Made by a program: the position numbers and the translations under genes. A stretch of 64,000 nt of DNA from Camelus ferus (taxonomy: Eukaryota). The notes below the pieces were generated by a model. The model made no database searches. It was not told the origin of the DNA and worked only from the letters and a program-made list of their open reading frames with translations. The stretch covers positions 26,414,001 through 26,478,000 of the forward strand of contig NC_045696.1 in the NCBI RefSeq assembly GCF_009834535.1. The letters are read 5' to 3'. Shown piece after piece: positions 12,484 through 25,255 of the stretch. The number at the start of each line of letters is the position of its first letter. Positions within the stretch are counted from its first letter, which is position 1.

Positions 12484-15400
12484 GTAAAAATGTTTCATAT
12501 ACCAACAAAATGCCCGGGGTTATACTCCTTTCTCTCTTATGCATTTTTCTCTTGATACTGACAAAAATGTTTTCTGTTTTCCCTGCCCCCTTCCCAGCCT
12601 GTTCATTGCTCCCCCTCCCTTTTACTGTTTTCCCCGTCTATGTATTTTTAGTTGATAAATACAACACAGCACACATGAAGGACCTAGAATCCTTGGCCAG
12701 TCAAGTGCCTTAGATTGTCTGCAATCATGATAATGCAGCCTCCATTTATAATATTGCTTGTTAGTTTGAAAGCAAGTACCCAGAGCTCTGTGAACTAAAG
12801 AGCCACTCCTGAGAAGGGCTGAAAAGGGAATGAAAATAACCGTCTTCATCATCCCTCGCAGTTCTCTAATGACTTGATGTCTGGCCATAGCAGGGCGCCC
12901 ACTGTTGAGCGCCATCATCAATGGGATAATTGTAGGGACCTGGCCAGTGGGTAGGGCTTTAATCATCAGCTTTGATGGGAATTTAGAGGTCGAAGCAATA
13001 AAAGAGGTTCGAGCCAATGCACATTCTGTAACAAAACCTTTTTAAGTTAGAAAATTTCCTCTAAGGTCCTTTAAATGTGACCAGTTTCCTTATTTCTCAA
13101 ACATCTCACAAGAGTTTGTTTTTCTCTGTTAAAGTGTTAATTGATTTTAGAAGCAGAAAGACATTAATACTCTTTATTCTTTAATCAAAAAAAAAATAGC
13201 AAGTAAGAAGAAACATAGTCGCTTCTTCTATTTTAATAATTCTAAGTGTTCTGTCTTCCTCACAATCCCCAGGTCATCATTGCTTTCAACTGAAACAAAA
13301 AATTACAGAATAAAGTCAGTTTTTCTTTCTCCAAGGTTTTTCTTCATTTAGAAGTATTTAGATATTAAAATATCTCAATTTATTTAAATACTGATTTTCT
13401 TTTCTGTCTTGTTTTACACAAATATCACATGTACATGCTTAGAATTTTTTCTTCATCTCCTTCTCATTTTACGTAACTGGTGTCTTTGAGGTCTCCAGAT
13501 TAATTTTCCTAGTTAGAATTGTCTCATCCACAACACTTGGTTTGTTCAAAAGACTACATTTGCCTTTTCTTTTGGTTACATAATATAGATACATATAAAC
13601 TATATATATGCATTATACACATAGATAAATGGACGTGCATATATATACATATGCATTCCTCCATATTTTTTCTCCATATCTTTCTTTCCCTCCAAAGGGC
13701 TTCATTTGCTTCTGTGGGATTATAATGCCCATATTTATATATATTATTTTTTATTTTACTTCTTTTTAAAAGTTCACATTTCAAATAGGAAGTTAAAAGC
13801 ACACCCTCTTTCTCTGACTTTTTTAAAAAGGAAAGTCTGCACATGATCTTATGTAATACATGTCAGTAATATAAACGCATTAGTGTCACACAGTTCCTGG
13901 GCAGGGGAGCCGGAAACAGAGATGTGTATTACACAGAAAAATATTGTTACAGATTGTTAGATTCCTAGGTTATTATAAGTTTATTAGAAATCTGCATTTT
14001 CAAGCTGTAGTAAGAAAGTAGGAAAATAGAACTTTTAAACTGGAGAGAGAAAGTAGTGCCGTTAAACATTTATAAGCATAAAGTTTTGAACTCAAATCAC
14101 GTAACAATTGTAGGTAACTTGGAATTTTTTTTTTCTTTTCCCTCTAAGCCTACTTAAAAGATATATAGACTATAATAATGCTTGTTACTCATTAAATTAA
14201 AATAATTCATTCCAAATAAATGCTAAACTTTCCAAATAAGTGCTAAATGCTCATTTGACTTCGCTGTCCAGCAGTAGAATTGGAAACATCTATCTGTGTG
14301 CTGAAATAAAATGAAATAAAACACATTGGTACAGATTTTTACTTTTTGATACAAATTATTTTCAGAATATTAAGATAAAAAATATAAAATTATTTCTACC
14401 TATCTTGGAATTGTAATTTCTTTTAGTATTTAGCCAGAATACATATTAGAAATTCTTTTTTCCTAAAACATTTCTAAAAATCAATTTAATATTTTTAGGT
14501 AGGTAAAGAAATATATGTCTTAACTGTATATATTCAGTCTGTGGCCTGTGATTTAGTCCTTATTTACCTTTAAGTTATTTGTCTTAAATACCCAGTATTT
14601 CTTGAAAAAAAAAATTATCACTCTTAACAAAAATAGTAGTTAAGTCTTAGCATATTGTAAACTGACAGCAGAATTTAATTTTGTGATTCTTTGGATTTAG
14701 ATTTTTTTAAAAGACTAACACTTGAAAGTTTTTACTTCAATTGTCATGAAAACATATACTAAAGTCAATATGGCAAGAGTTAATTAAAATTAGTAGATTT
14801 GAAGTGACTTTATCCATTTCTTGATATATGACTTATATTTTTGTATTTTCTAATGTGAAAACCTTATAATTCTAAAAGGAAAGATTTTTGCATATTTTCT
14901 ATATACTCTGCTATTCATGATATTAGCATTGAATATTTTTCAGAAGATCTCTCCTATAGAATTGTTTATGTGCCCTGATTTGAAACTTATGCAAGTTTGA
15001 AGTTATCTTGAAATACAAACAATAAAAAACTTTAGAAGTCACCTTTTTGTTTTTAATAATTTTTATTTGTAACAAGCAAGGATTCTACAGTTGTACTTCT
15101 TATGATGACATGTAGATTTTGGGTTTTTTTTTTTTTTTAATATATATCAGAATAGAGAACTTATTCAACACACATTATCTTTTCAAGTACGTAAGAAGTG
15201 TTAAACCCAGGAAGGAAAGCAAAAGAGATGAAAGAAACAAATATACAATTAATAAGGAGGATCTGATCCCTGATTTAGGAAACTCACAGTAGTGGGAGGT
15301 AGAGATCAGAAACTACACGCGCACACACACACGTTATTTTGTATGACAAGCCCTAGCTAAGCAATGTGTACAAAATAATAACTTGCATCCAGAAAGGGAT

Positions 15401-16323
15401 AATCATGTTTCTCAGATAAGGGTGGCTGTTGGGTACCAGGCTCTGAGCCAGGACAAAGACAACGAGAGGTAGGCCCTAATGTAAAGTAGTCTCCATGTCA
15501 AAGTAGATTGCTAACCAGTTACTGCAACAGAATGTTACTAATGTCGCCATTTGCCAAGTAGATGGAGAGAAATTTCCCTAGCCAAAGGCAAAAAATAGAA
15601 ATAAAATAAAAGATGAGGAAAAAAAGGAATTGTCCCATTAGTTCTTCTTTAGTATTTCCCACTCCTCCTTCAAAACCCCACCCCTGTTCTAGTTAGGGTT
15701 ACTTTCCTTTCTTTTATTTTCCATTGTTCCTTAAACTTACTCCTCTATTGTAATACTCATCACATCGTATTTGAATTGCTTGTCTATATCCTTCTGCAGT
15801 TGGTAGTTGCTGTATGAGGTCTGTTGAGTTTGAAACATGCATAGAGTAGGAGATAATCAGAGAAAGTGTCTTGAGGCCAATAGTGAAGTCTTGTCTGTCA
15901 TGTAGGGATTCTAATCTTTGGGTATAGATGATGGATTGGAGGGCAGGGACTTAATGTATGTGATATTGCAAGCAGAATGGACAATACCATGAAAGTGATA
16001 AGGGAATAAAATAAGGCAGTGGCAGCTGGATGGAGAGAGAGAGATTTTGGAAATATATCTAGCCTGGAATAACCACAATCTTGAATAGAATGTCTCTTGC
16101 TTTTTATTACAATGTTTAATATTGTTTCTAAGAGCTTAAATATCATCAATTTTCTGTCTAAGCCTTTTGTGAGCCATTTTCCCCTCACAATATTCAGTAT
16201 CAAAAGTTATCAAATCATTGGCCAAATAGAAAAGTATTTGTTAATCTAATACTATAGCAACAATGGTGAATGTTCTTTCTCATCAATATGCCTCCCTCAG
16301 CTAGACAAAAGTGTATCAAAATG

Positions 16324-17900
16324 CTTTTCCACCAACAGTGTGGCAGGTTCCTTTTTCTCACACCTTCACCGGCTCTTATCATTTGTAGACTTTTTGATGA
16401 TGGCCATTCTTACTGGGGTAAGGTGATACCTCATAGTTTTGATCTGCATTTCTCTAATAATTAGCAATATTGAGTATCTTTCATGTGCCTGTTGGCCATC
16501 TGTATGTCATCTTTTGGAGAAATGTCTATTTAGAGCGTCTGCCCATTTTTTGATTGGGCTGTTTGTTTTTATGATATTAAGCTGTCTGAGTTATTTGTAT
16601 AGTTTGGAAATTAACCCCTTGTCGGCCACATCATTTGCAAATATTTTCTCCCGTTCTGTAGGCTGTCTCATCATTTTGTTTACGTTTTCCTTTTCTGTGC
16701 AAAAGCTTTTACGTTTAATTAGGTCCCATTTGTTGTTTTTTTGCTTTTATTTCCATTACTCTAAGAGATGATCCAAGAAGATATTGCTGCAATTTATTTC
16801 AAAGAGTGTCCTGCCTATGCTTTCCTCTAGGAGTTTTAGAGTATCCGGTCTCACATTTAGGTCTTCAATCCATTTTGAGTTTACTTTTGTTTATGGTGTT
16901 AGAGAATGTTCTAATTTCATTCTTTTACATGTAGCTATCCAGTTTTCCCAGAACCACTGATTGATGAGCTCTTGTAGTTTTCTGGTAGTGTCTTTAGGAT
17001 TTTCTTTGTATAGTATCATGTCATCTGGAAACTGTGACAGTTTTACCTCTTCCTTTCCAATTTAGATTCCTTTTATTTCTTTTTCTTCTCTGATTGCTGT
17101 GGATAGGACTTCCAAAAGTACGTTGAATAAAAGTGTCAAGAGTGGGCGTTCTTGTCTTGTTCCTGATCTTAGAGGGAATGCTTTCAACTTTTCACCATCA
17201 AATATGATGTTAGCTGTGGGTTTGTCATATATAGCCTTTGTTATGTTGAGGTATGTTCCCTCTATCCACTTTCTAGAGAGTTTTTATCATAAATGAATTT
17301 TGAATTTTATCAGAAACTTTTTCTACATCTATTGAGATGATCATATGGTTTTTATTCTTCAATTTGTTAATGTAGTGTATCACATTGATTGATTTGTGAA
17401 TATTGAAAAATCCTTGCATCTCTGGGATAAATCCCACTTGATCATAGTTTATGATCCTTTTACTGTACTGTTGAAGTCAATTTGCTAGTATTTTGATGAG
17501 GATTCTTGCATCTATGAACATCAGTGTAAATTGGTGCAGCACTATGAAGAACAGTATAGAGGTTCCTTAAAAAAACTAAAACTAGAGTACTTATTTACAA
17601 ACCAGAAATGGACTCACAGACATAGAAGACAGACTTACGGTTATCAAAGGAGAAAGCTGGGGTAGAGATAAATTGGAAGTTCAGGATTTGTAGATGCTAA
17701 CTACTATATATAAAATAGATAAACAAAAAAGACTTACTGTATAGCACACGGAACTATATTCAATATTTTATAGTAACCTAAAATGGAAAAGAATCTGGAA
17801 AAGATGGAATCACTTTGCTGTACACCTGAAACTAACACAACATTGTAAATCTTTGTATACTTCAATCTAAAAAAGAAAAATAATTAATTAATTAATTTTT
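16324..17900. mobile_element. 5'-inverted, truncated LINE-1 (cetartiodactyl-type 3' UTR) with target-site duplication
   Basis: 16324-~17525 is antisense L1 ORF2; ~17525-17900 is sense ORF2 end plus 3' UTR and A-rich tail. Flanked by AAAAGTGTATCAAAATG (16307-16323) and AGAAGTATATCAAAATG (17902-17918). Confidence 0.9.
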
Positions 17901-18435
17901 AAGAAGTATATCAAAATGTATTTGCTCTTAACTATAAATATAATGTATTCTAATGTAATCATATGATGCTAGGGAAGAATTCAGCAGTAATTCAGTAGAA
18001 AACTGATGCTTTGCTTTGTTATTTCAGTTACAGAGATTGGCAAGCTTTTGTGGGTGTTGAACTTCGTTGTATTTTTATTAGCAATTTGGTGTTTGTGTCT
18101 GGCCTTTAACAAGTTAGTTCACATGCAACATTGATTTGTTGTCATCCTGCTCATTATTCACCAGGCAAGACAGATAATATGATGCCTCATACTTCGCTGA
18201 CAGTAAGTCAAATAACAGAAGCTTCTCTAGGAAAGGTTGTCCAAAAGACCTTTGGTTTGGTTTGGCATTAGAAGCATTTTCATAGTCTTTTTTTTTTTAA
18301 TGTTACTGCAAGAAAAAGTTGAATTTCCATCACTCAAATAAGATATACATCTGTAAATGTGAAGAAAATTCTAAAAATAGAGCTACGCATTTCATCACAT
18401 TACATCGAGTCCTCTGTTGCTTTCTGACCTTTCAG

Positions 18436-18519
18436 AAAATGCTTGAAACCTAAGTATCTGTTGTTCCGGAATGAACTAAGACATGAATACCTCAGTGGTG
18501 ATGAGCATGTCTCCCCATC
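18436..18519 (+). CDS. Candidate extra ROBO2 cassette exon (84 nt, phase 2/2): (G)KCLKPKYLLFRNELRHEYLSGDEHVSP(S)
   Basis: Acceptor cctctgttgctttctgacctttcag|AAAATG, weak donor CCCATC|gtatga; stop-free and in frame with both flanking exons. Confidence 0.5.
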
Positions 18520-20554
18520 GTATGACATGCACTGTGTCCCAGATTTGTTTCATCTATTCTCTCACGTTCTCCTAGACGTGCTTTTATTCTCTCTCTCTCT
18601 CTCTCTCTATTCCACGTCTTACACAAATGACTGAGTACAACTGATTACAATTTTCTCTGTGTTACCTTAACACATGATGCATATAATATTATTTCCTCCT
18701 CTTATGTTCTGTATGTATTTTCATTCCATATGTGTGTTCCCTTTAGATTAGTGGAAGCAAGAATAGTTTACTATTTATAAAATAGGAAAATTTTAGGAGA
18801 TACTTGACTACTTCCATTTGAAAGATTGAATATATAAATGTTCTTTCTTTATTCAAACATAGAACATCCCTGATAATAAGTCTATGTGAGGAAAGTACAT
18901 GTACTAGTTTATGGAACAAAATTGTGCTATTTTGTAACATTTATGAAATAAATTTAATTATAACTATTGACAAAGTATAACTGGACACATATTCCATACT
19001 GAAAATGGGCAATTTTTTTAAGTTAGGCTTCTTATATATATTTTTGTTAGACTTAACAATATAGCATTTAAAATTAAGCTAAGAGAAGAAACTTAAGCAT
19101 TCTTATTCATAAAGCAGTTTGTGAGATTTCATTTCAAATCAATAAAAAGGCTTATAACCTACTAGTTTTAAGGTATTATGTCATGTGTGGCCAAGCAGGA
19201 ACAGTTCAGTGTCATTAATGTAGCTTAAATCCACTTGAGGAAAAGATACTACAAACATGTGAAAGGTTAAATACTGGAATACATTGGACAACAGTTAAAG
19301 AAATCAACTCTGGAAATGGCATAGAACTGCGTATAATCAAATTTCCAGTAAATGTGCAAAAATATTATCAGTGCAAGTTCAGAAGAGTAATATATCAGTG
19401 CCACTTGGCCTCATCAGGGAAATCTTTGTAAGAGATGTGGGATTAAGCCTGTAGCTTGAAGGATTTGTAAGAATAAGAGGTGAAATTGGAGGAATCCTTT
19501 AAACTAATGTGCCAGGTTGGAAAAGTACAAAGAAAGAAGAAAACAAAACAGTTTATTTTGAGCAGGAGATTCTTGTTGAGAAACTGGAATAACCATCCAA
19601 AAAGGTAGGTTGAGGTTTTGACATATTTAATGGACAGAATAAAGTGAAGTGAATGCTTTATTCCAAGAATTCTGATGTTTTCATAGACAGAAAGTGTAAG
19701 TGATGTGCAAGACTGATTAGAAAATGGGAAAAACTAAAAACAGTAAGTCCAACTGGACAGTGAGTAACTAACCTTTTAACAACAGAGTCTTTTCTTCAAA
19801 TGAAATCTAACTGTGATCTCCAACATATAAAGCAGATAAAAATGCCTTCATTTGAGAGCAATGTATTTTTTTTTCAGGTCCTATTCGTACTTAGTCAATT
19901 AATGGTAATATAAGATTAACCAATGATATTTTCTAATATATAAGAACTGTTATTTGTAACACATTCAATTGTGCCTGTTTAAATTCAAATATAAAAAGAC
20001 ATGTCAGAAGAGATACTCCTACCAGACACTACAAGGCTTCTGAAACAGGGTCTTCAGTTTGCAACTCATTGAGGTAGAAGATAAGTCAGGCACCCTCAAC
20101 AAGGGATGAAAATTGAACAGCCAAAGATGTTATAACTCTTTGTGTAAAACCTCTCAGTGACTATCCATCACCCATAAGCAAAATTCCAAACTCTTTCTCA
20201 AGGCTGATGAAGTCCTTAATGATCTAGTAAGCGCATCCTCACCTCTCCTGTCTCATCTATAACCAACTTTCTTTCTTTCCTAGCTCTTATCAGTTAGGAA
20301 ACTGAGTTCTTCAAATACTTTGTATTTCCTCTTCCTCTGGGACCCTACGTATGCTATTTAGAATATTCCCTTCTCCAGTAGTCAGCATAGCCTCACCCAA
20401 CCTCAAAACTAGTTTCAACCTCCCTGCTCTATTCCTACACTTTGTATCACTGATAATTTGCTTAACATCAGTCTGCCCCACTGAATTGCGTGCTCTATAA
20501 AAAGATGCAGTTACTTGACACATGATTGTCCAATAAAAGGATGATAAATTGAGG

Positions 20555-21230
20555 ATTTTTAAATAGACTTTATTTTTTAAGATCAGTTTTGGGTCAACAG
20601 CAAAATTGAGCACAAAATACATAATTTCCCATTTTCCCCTGTCCCCACACATGCATAGCCTCAGCCACTGTCTACACCTCCCACCAAAGTGGTACATTTG
20701 TTAAACTGGTGAAACTACATTGACACATAATTATCACCCTCAAGTTCATGGTTTACATTAGGACTCACTCTTGGTGTTGTAAACTCTGTGTGCAGATACA
20801 GAAAGAGCTATTGGTCAAATGTCTAATGACAGGTATCCACCACTGCCGTACCATCCAGAGTGGTTTCACTGCTGTGAAAACCCTTAGTGCTCTATCTGTT
20901 CATCCCTCCCCCACTTAATGTCCGGCAACCACTGATCTTTTACTGTCTTCATGGTTTTGCTTTTTCCAAAATGTCGTATAGTTGGAATCATACCGTATGT
21001 AGCCTTTTCAGATTGGCTTCTTTCACCTGCTAATGTCCATTTAATTTTCCTCCATGTCTTATCATGGCTTGCTAGCACATTTCTTTTTAGCACTGAATAG
21101 TAATTCCATTATCCGATGTGCCACGAGTTATTTATTCATTCGCCTACTGAATGAAGACATTTTTGTTGCTTCCAAGTTTTAGCAATTATGAATAAAACTG
21201 CTGTAAACATCCATGTACGGATTTTTTTGA
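20555..21230 (-). mobile_element. Old LINE-1 3' fragment (L1MC/L1MD-like)
   Basis: Antisense L1M 3' UTR motifs (ggtacatttgttaaactggtgaaactacattgacac, ccactgatctttt, tttcagattggcttctttcac). Confidence 0.8.
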
Positions 21231-21369
21231 TAAATTCATTTTTAAACAGGATAAGAGCAAAGACACTCAAGTAAAAATATTCAAGAATCATCTGGACATT
21301 CGCAAGTTAGTGTTTTGTAAGGGACAGCAAGACTGAATATATACATTTGTGATACTCTATTTTGTTTCT

Positions 21370-22020
21370 TTAATGAAAATCTTCTATATGCTAAATACTG
21401 TACTAGGTGCTGGAAACGCAAGGTTGAGAATTACAGCGTTGTTGAGTTAAGGATCTTACAGAACAGTGGGGAAAAAAGACACATGAAACAAATATCTCAC
21501 TATAGTATGGGGAGTGCACAATATACATACTTTAGGATTGTAATCAGTTCCATATCGTGGGGGCAGAGAAGGCTCACAAAACTGAAGATATCTGAACGGA
21601 ACTCTGAAGGAGGAGCAGGAGTTCACTGTTAGATGATTTGAGAATAGTCATATACAGACCCAGAGTTTAGAGAAAAATATAGAGTTATCTGGTGTTGGGG
21701 AAATAATGGAAAATTAAGCTAGAAAAATAGACTGATGAGATGGAGAAGTGTCTTTTAGTCCCTGCTAATGAGTTTGAACTTTTTCTTACATTAGCAATAT
21801 CACTGAATAATTTAACCATAGGTGTGACGTGAATGAAGATTGTAGAAATACAGTCCCATTGCCTGTATGGAAGGTAGAATCCAAGCGATTAAGGTGACTC
21901 CTAAGAGACTAGGGAAAGCTGATGGGCTGGTTCACATCAGAAGGAGACTGATCTGTGATTGTGGGAGTAGAGAGAAGCACAGAAGAAAGATTTGGGAGAT
22001 ATTTAAGGGGTTGAATTTAT
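21370..22020. mobile_element. Degenerate LINE-2 fragment
   Basis: L2-like motifs (tactgtactaggtgctgg, gagtttgaactttttc, gggagatatttaaggg); boundaries approximate. Confidence 0.5.
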
Positions 22021-22239
22021 AGGACAATTACATCTAATAATATTGCTTATCTTATCCTTAAGTCTCCTTTTAGAAGTCCATTAGGATCTATTTGATTTAT
22101 GAAAATAATAGCACTACAGAGAAGGTGAAGATAAAAATGCTACTGATTTTGTGTCACAATTCAAGATTTTGGATTAAATTTCTGTATTCCCTAACCACAG
22201 TCCCTAAAACATGCTCTTTTTAAAACTTGTTATTTTTTA

Positions 22240-22242
22240 ATA

Positions 22243-22275
<33 letters not shown>
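22240..22275. repeat. (TA)n microsatellite
   Basis: Direct reading of the tatata run. Confidence 0.9.
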
Positions 22276-22278
<3 letters not shown>

Positions 22279-22908
22279 TTTATAGGGTTAAAACTTCTGC
22301 TTTATAGATTTTTAGATGTTGAGATATAGGGAGACATCAATTTCTAATGAAAAAGTTAAGGAAAGTACGACAGTTGAAAGGCTATTGAATACATTTTGTA
22401 GCACAAAATCTGAATGATTGACATGTTGTATGGAAGGAAATGTTGGCATGGATCTAGAGGAAGAGCAAATAAAATTCTCTAACACTTCTGACATGAATAT
22501 TAGGATATGCTGTTGGTGCGCCAGGATGAACAAGAGAAGAAAGTAGTTAAATCTACAAGCACTAAATTCATTAATTGCCTTTAATTAGCAATTTGGTTTT
22601 TCCACTTGGGTAACTTTGTTGGGAAGTTATTGCCTTTTGTAACCATGGGGTAACAATTAGCTAGTAAGATCTTTTAAGAATAAATTGAGATATTGAGATA
22701 ACAGATGTGCTTATGATTAGAAATTAGGATAACAGCCAGAGGATTTACTCTGATAGCACCAACAACTAGAAATCAGGAGGAAATGAACTGGGGGGAACAT
22801 TTTGATACTATCAAGGTTGCCATTCATTGCCAGTGTAATCGTGTGTCTGTGTGTGTGTGTGCATGTGTGTAAGGGTTCATGTGCTTTTCTTTTCTCATTT
22901 AATTACAG

Positions 22909-23169
22909 CTATGACAGTGACAGCTGGTGCCCGCCGTTACCCGTACAAACTTACTTACACCAGGGTATGGAAGATGAACTGGAAGAAGATGATGATCGCG
23001 TCCCGACACCCCCTGTCCGAGGCGTGGCTTCTTCCCCTGCCGTCTCCTTCGGACAGCAGTCCACCGCAACTCTTACACCATCCCCACGGGAAGAGATGCA
23101 GCCAATGCTGCAAGCTCACCTGGATGAGTTGACAAGGGCCTATCAGTTTGATATAGCAAAGCAAACATG
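22909..23169 (+). CDS. ROBO2: ROBO2 coding exon (261 nt, phase 2/2): [15 protein letters not shown]...DIAKQT(W)
   Basis: aattacag|CTATGAC ... AAACATG|gtaaat; lies within ORF 22802..23173. Confidence 0.97.
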
Positions 23170-24459
23170 GTAAATATTCTCACTAGGTCAGGGGAGCCAA
23201 GCTTTCAACACATGGATGGAGGAACTGTTCTTTCACAGTAAATTCACAAGAGAGTCTTGCTAAATCCTACAGCTGGGGTTAGAAATGCTTTTGTTCAACT
23301 CCTTAATCATCTAGATAAAGAAATAAACTGAAGAAATGTTATATAATTTGACCAAAGTCACACAACTAATTACAGTAAACTGAAGCAAGAATTCAGATCT
23401 GCTGAATTTCAGGCTCAAGTGCTTTTGGCTACACCAGAATCTTTTCTAATTTACAGTTTAGCTTCAGTTAGCTTATCCTTGAACTCACGCCCAACACCAT
23501 AATGAAAGACTCTTTTTAGATTCTTCAAACTGCCTGGGATTAATTCTGTATGTAGTTGTGAATATGTAAATGTAAGCTTCTGCAAGTCACATATGGTCAG
23601 TGTCAGTTATTAAAAGACCTTCTTTGGGCTGAATTAAAAGAGACAGAAAAAAACAACATTAGTAACAGTAAATGCATCCTTCCACCAAAAAAAGTGTACA
23701 ATAAAGTACAAATCCCAAATTCCTTTTTTTCTAATCAATCCATGAACTTTCATATGGTATAGATAGCAGTCTTCTTATGTATCCTATGAAAACATGGCAG
23801 GAATACAAGTGGGACCAACTCTCACAATTTTGTACAGTTATTTTTTTCTTATTTGCTCTCCCTTCTCCCAGTGACATATACATTTGACTCCTGAAAATGA
23901 AATCTCAGTGACATAGCTCTGATTATCTCCTGTTGATTTACATCCTGTGCTTGAAGTTAGAGTAAGTTTCTATGAAATAGCATTAGCTTCTTTTTTGATG
24001 GTTTTAGCTGCTGAAGTAAGCTGATAAGTCTTATTCTCAGTGTTAGTGAACTATTTATTTTAGCTAAATACACAAAGAGATTCTAAAACCAGAAATATCA
24101 ACTTACTTCAGAGATTCTTTTCTTAGAACCAGAGGTTCTTGAATATTTTCCTTGATCATCAGATGTTTTTTCAAAGGTCGAAGACAATTTGCTGTTAAAC
24201 AGTTTTATTTTACATCAGTCTTCTTTATAGAACACCACTATTGAAGCTGAAGCCAGCTACCTTTAAAACCAGAGGATTTCCTTCAAGTTAATTAAGCAAA
24301 GCCCTGCAGTTTAGTCATTTAAAGCATAGGTTCCTGCTCAGGGGTTCTCAGCTCTGCCTGCATGTTGGAATCATCTGGATAACCTGGTTACGTAGGCCCC
24401 ACCCCCGATATTCTGATTGTTTGGACTGGAATTGGATTGGGGGCAGCCAAGGTTGGACC

Positions 24460-25255
24460 ACTGCCTCTGCCACTTATTACGAGCTGTGTGGCAGTGGGCA
24501 ACTTGTTTAATCCTTCTGTGCTTCAGCCCCCCATTCATAAAATGATGATGATAATAGTCATTGGCTCATATACAAAGTGAGAGGGCAGTTCCCCCAAGAC
24601 CAGGCTCACTTCTGGCACTATTGTACAAGTTGTTGAGTCCCCAACATCACCGTTATGTTCAAGAATTCACTAGAAGGAGCCATAGAACTCACTGAAAGCT
24701 ATTATACTCAAAGTTATGGTTTATCATAATGAAATGGTAAAGGTTAAAATCTACCAAGAGAAGAAATGCATGGGAGATAAAGGCTAGGAAATTCCAACTG
24801 GACAATTCCAGTTGTCCTCTCCCAGTGGAGTCATGGAAAGAATAATGTCCCATCAACGATGTGTGACAGTATGCACGGAGTATCACCAACCAGGGAAGCT
24901 CACATGAGCCTTGAGTTTCAGCGTCTTTATTGGAGCTCCATCACAGAGACATAGGTAACTATCTGCATGGCTGACCGGGGTCTCTGGCCCCTCCAGAAGG
25001 GGAGCTGGTGGCGTATGACTTCCAAGCCCCCAGCATAAATCATATTGTTAGACCTTTGGGGGGAGCCTCTGGCCTCCAGGTAAACAAAGATTTTATCAAA
25101 CAGGATGTGCTAGTGCTTAGATATTACCTAACAGGAGTACAGGGAAAAGACCTAACTTCTCTTTGTTCTCTTTATTTCTCATCATTGTTTTTGAAAGAAT
25201 TAAATGAGTCTGTACTCATGCAGTACTTAGTAAAGTATCTAGCTGTATGGTAGCT
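24460..25255. mobile_element. MIR SINE interrupted by a MER21-like LTR (~24590-25170)
   Basis: MIR core (gctgtgtggcagtgggcaacttgtttaatccttctgtgcttcag) resumes at ~25185 (aattaaatgag). The insert carries MER21-type aattcactagaagga...gaaagctattatactca. Confidence 0.65.

Noticed and set aside
12622..13017. 131-aa antisense ORF
   Set aside because: It has a non-ATG start and no recognisable domain; better explained as a GC-richer non-coding block.
10495..14510. AG|GT recursive-splice-like sites (cttttag|gtattg ~10506; tttttag|gtaggt ~14498)
   Set aside because: The introns here are only 5-10 kb, the motifs are common in AT-rich DNA, and there is no further support.
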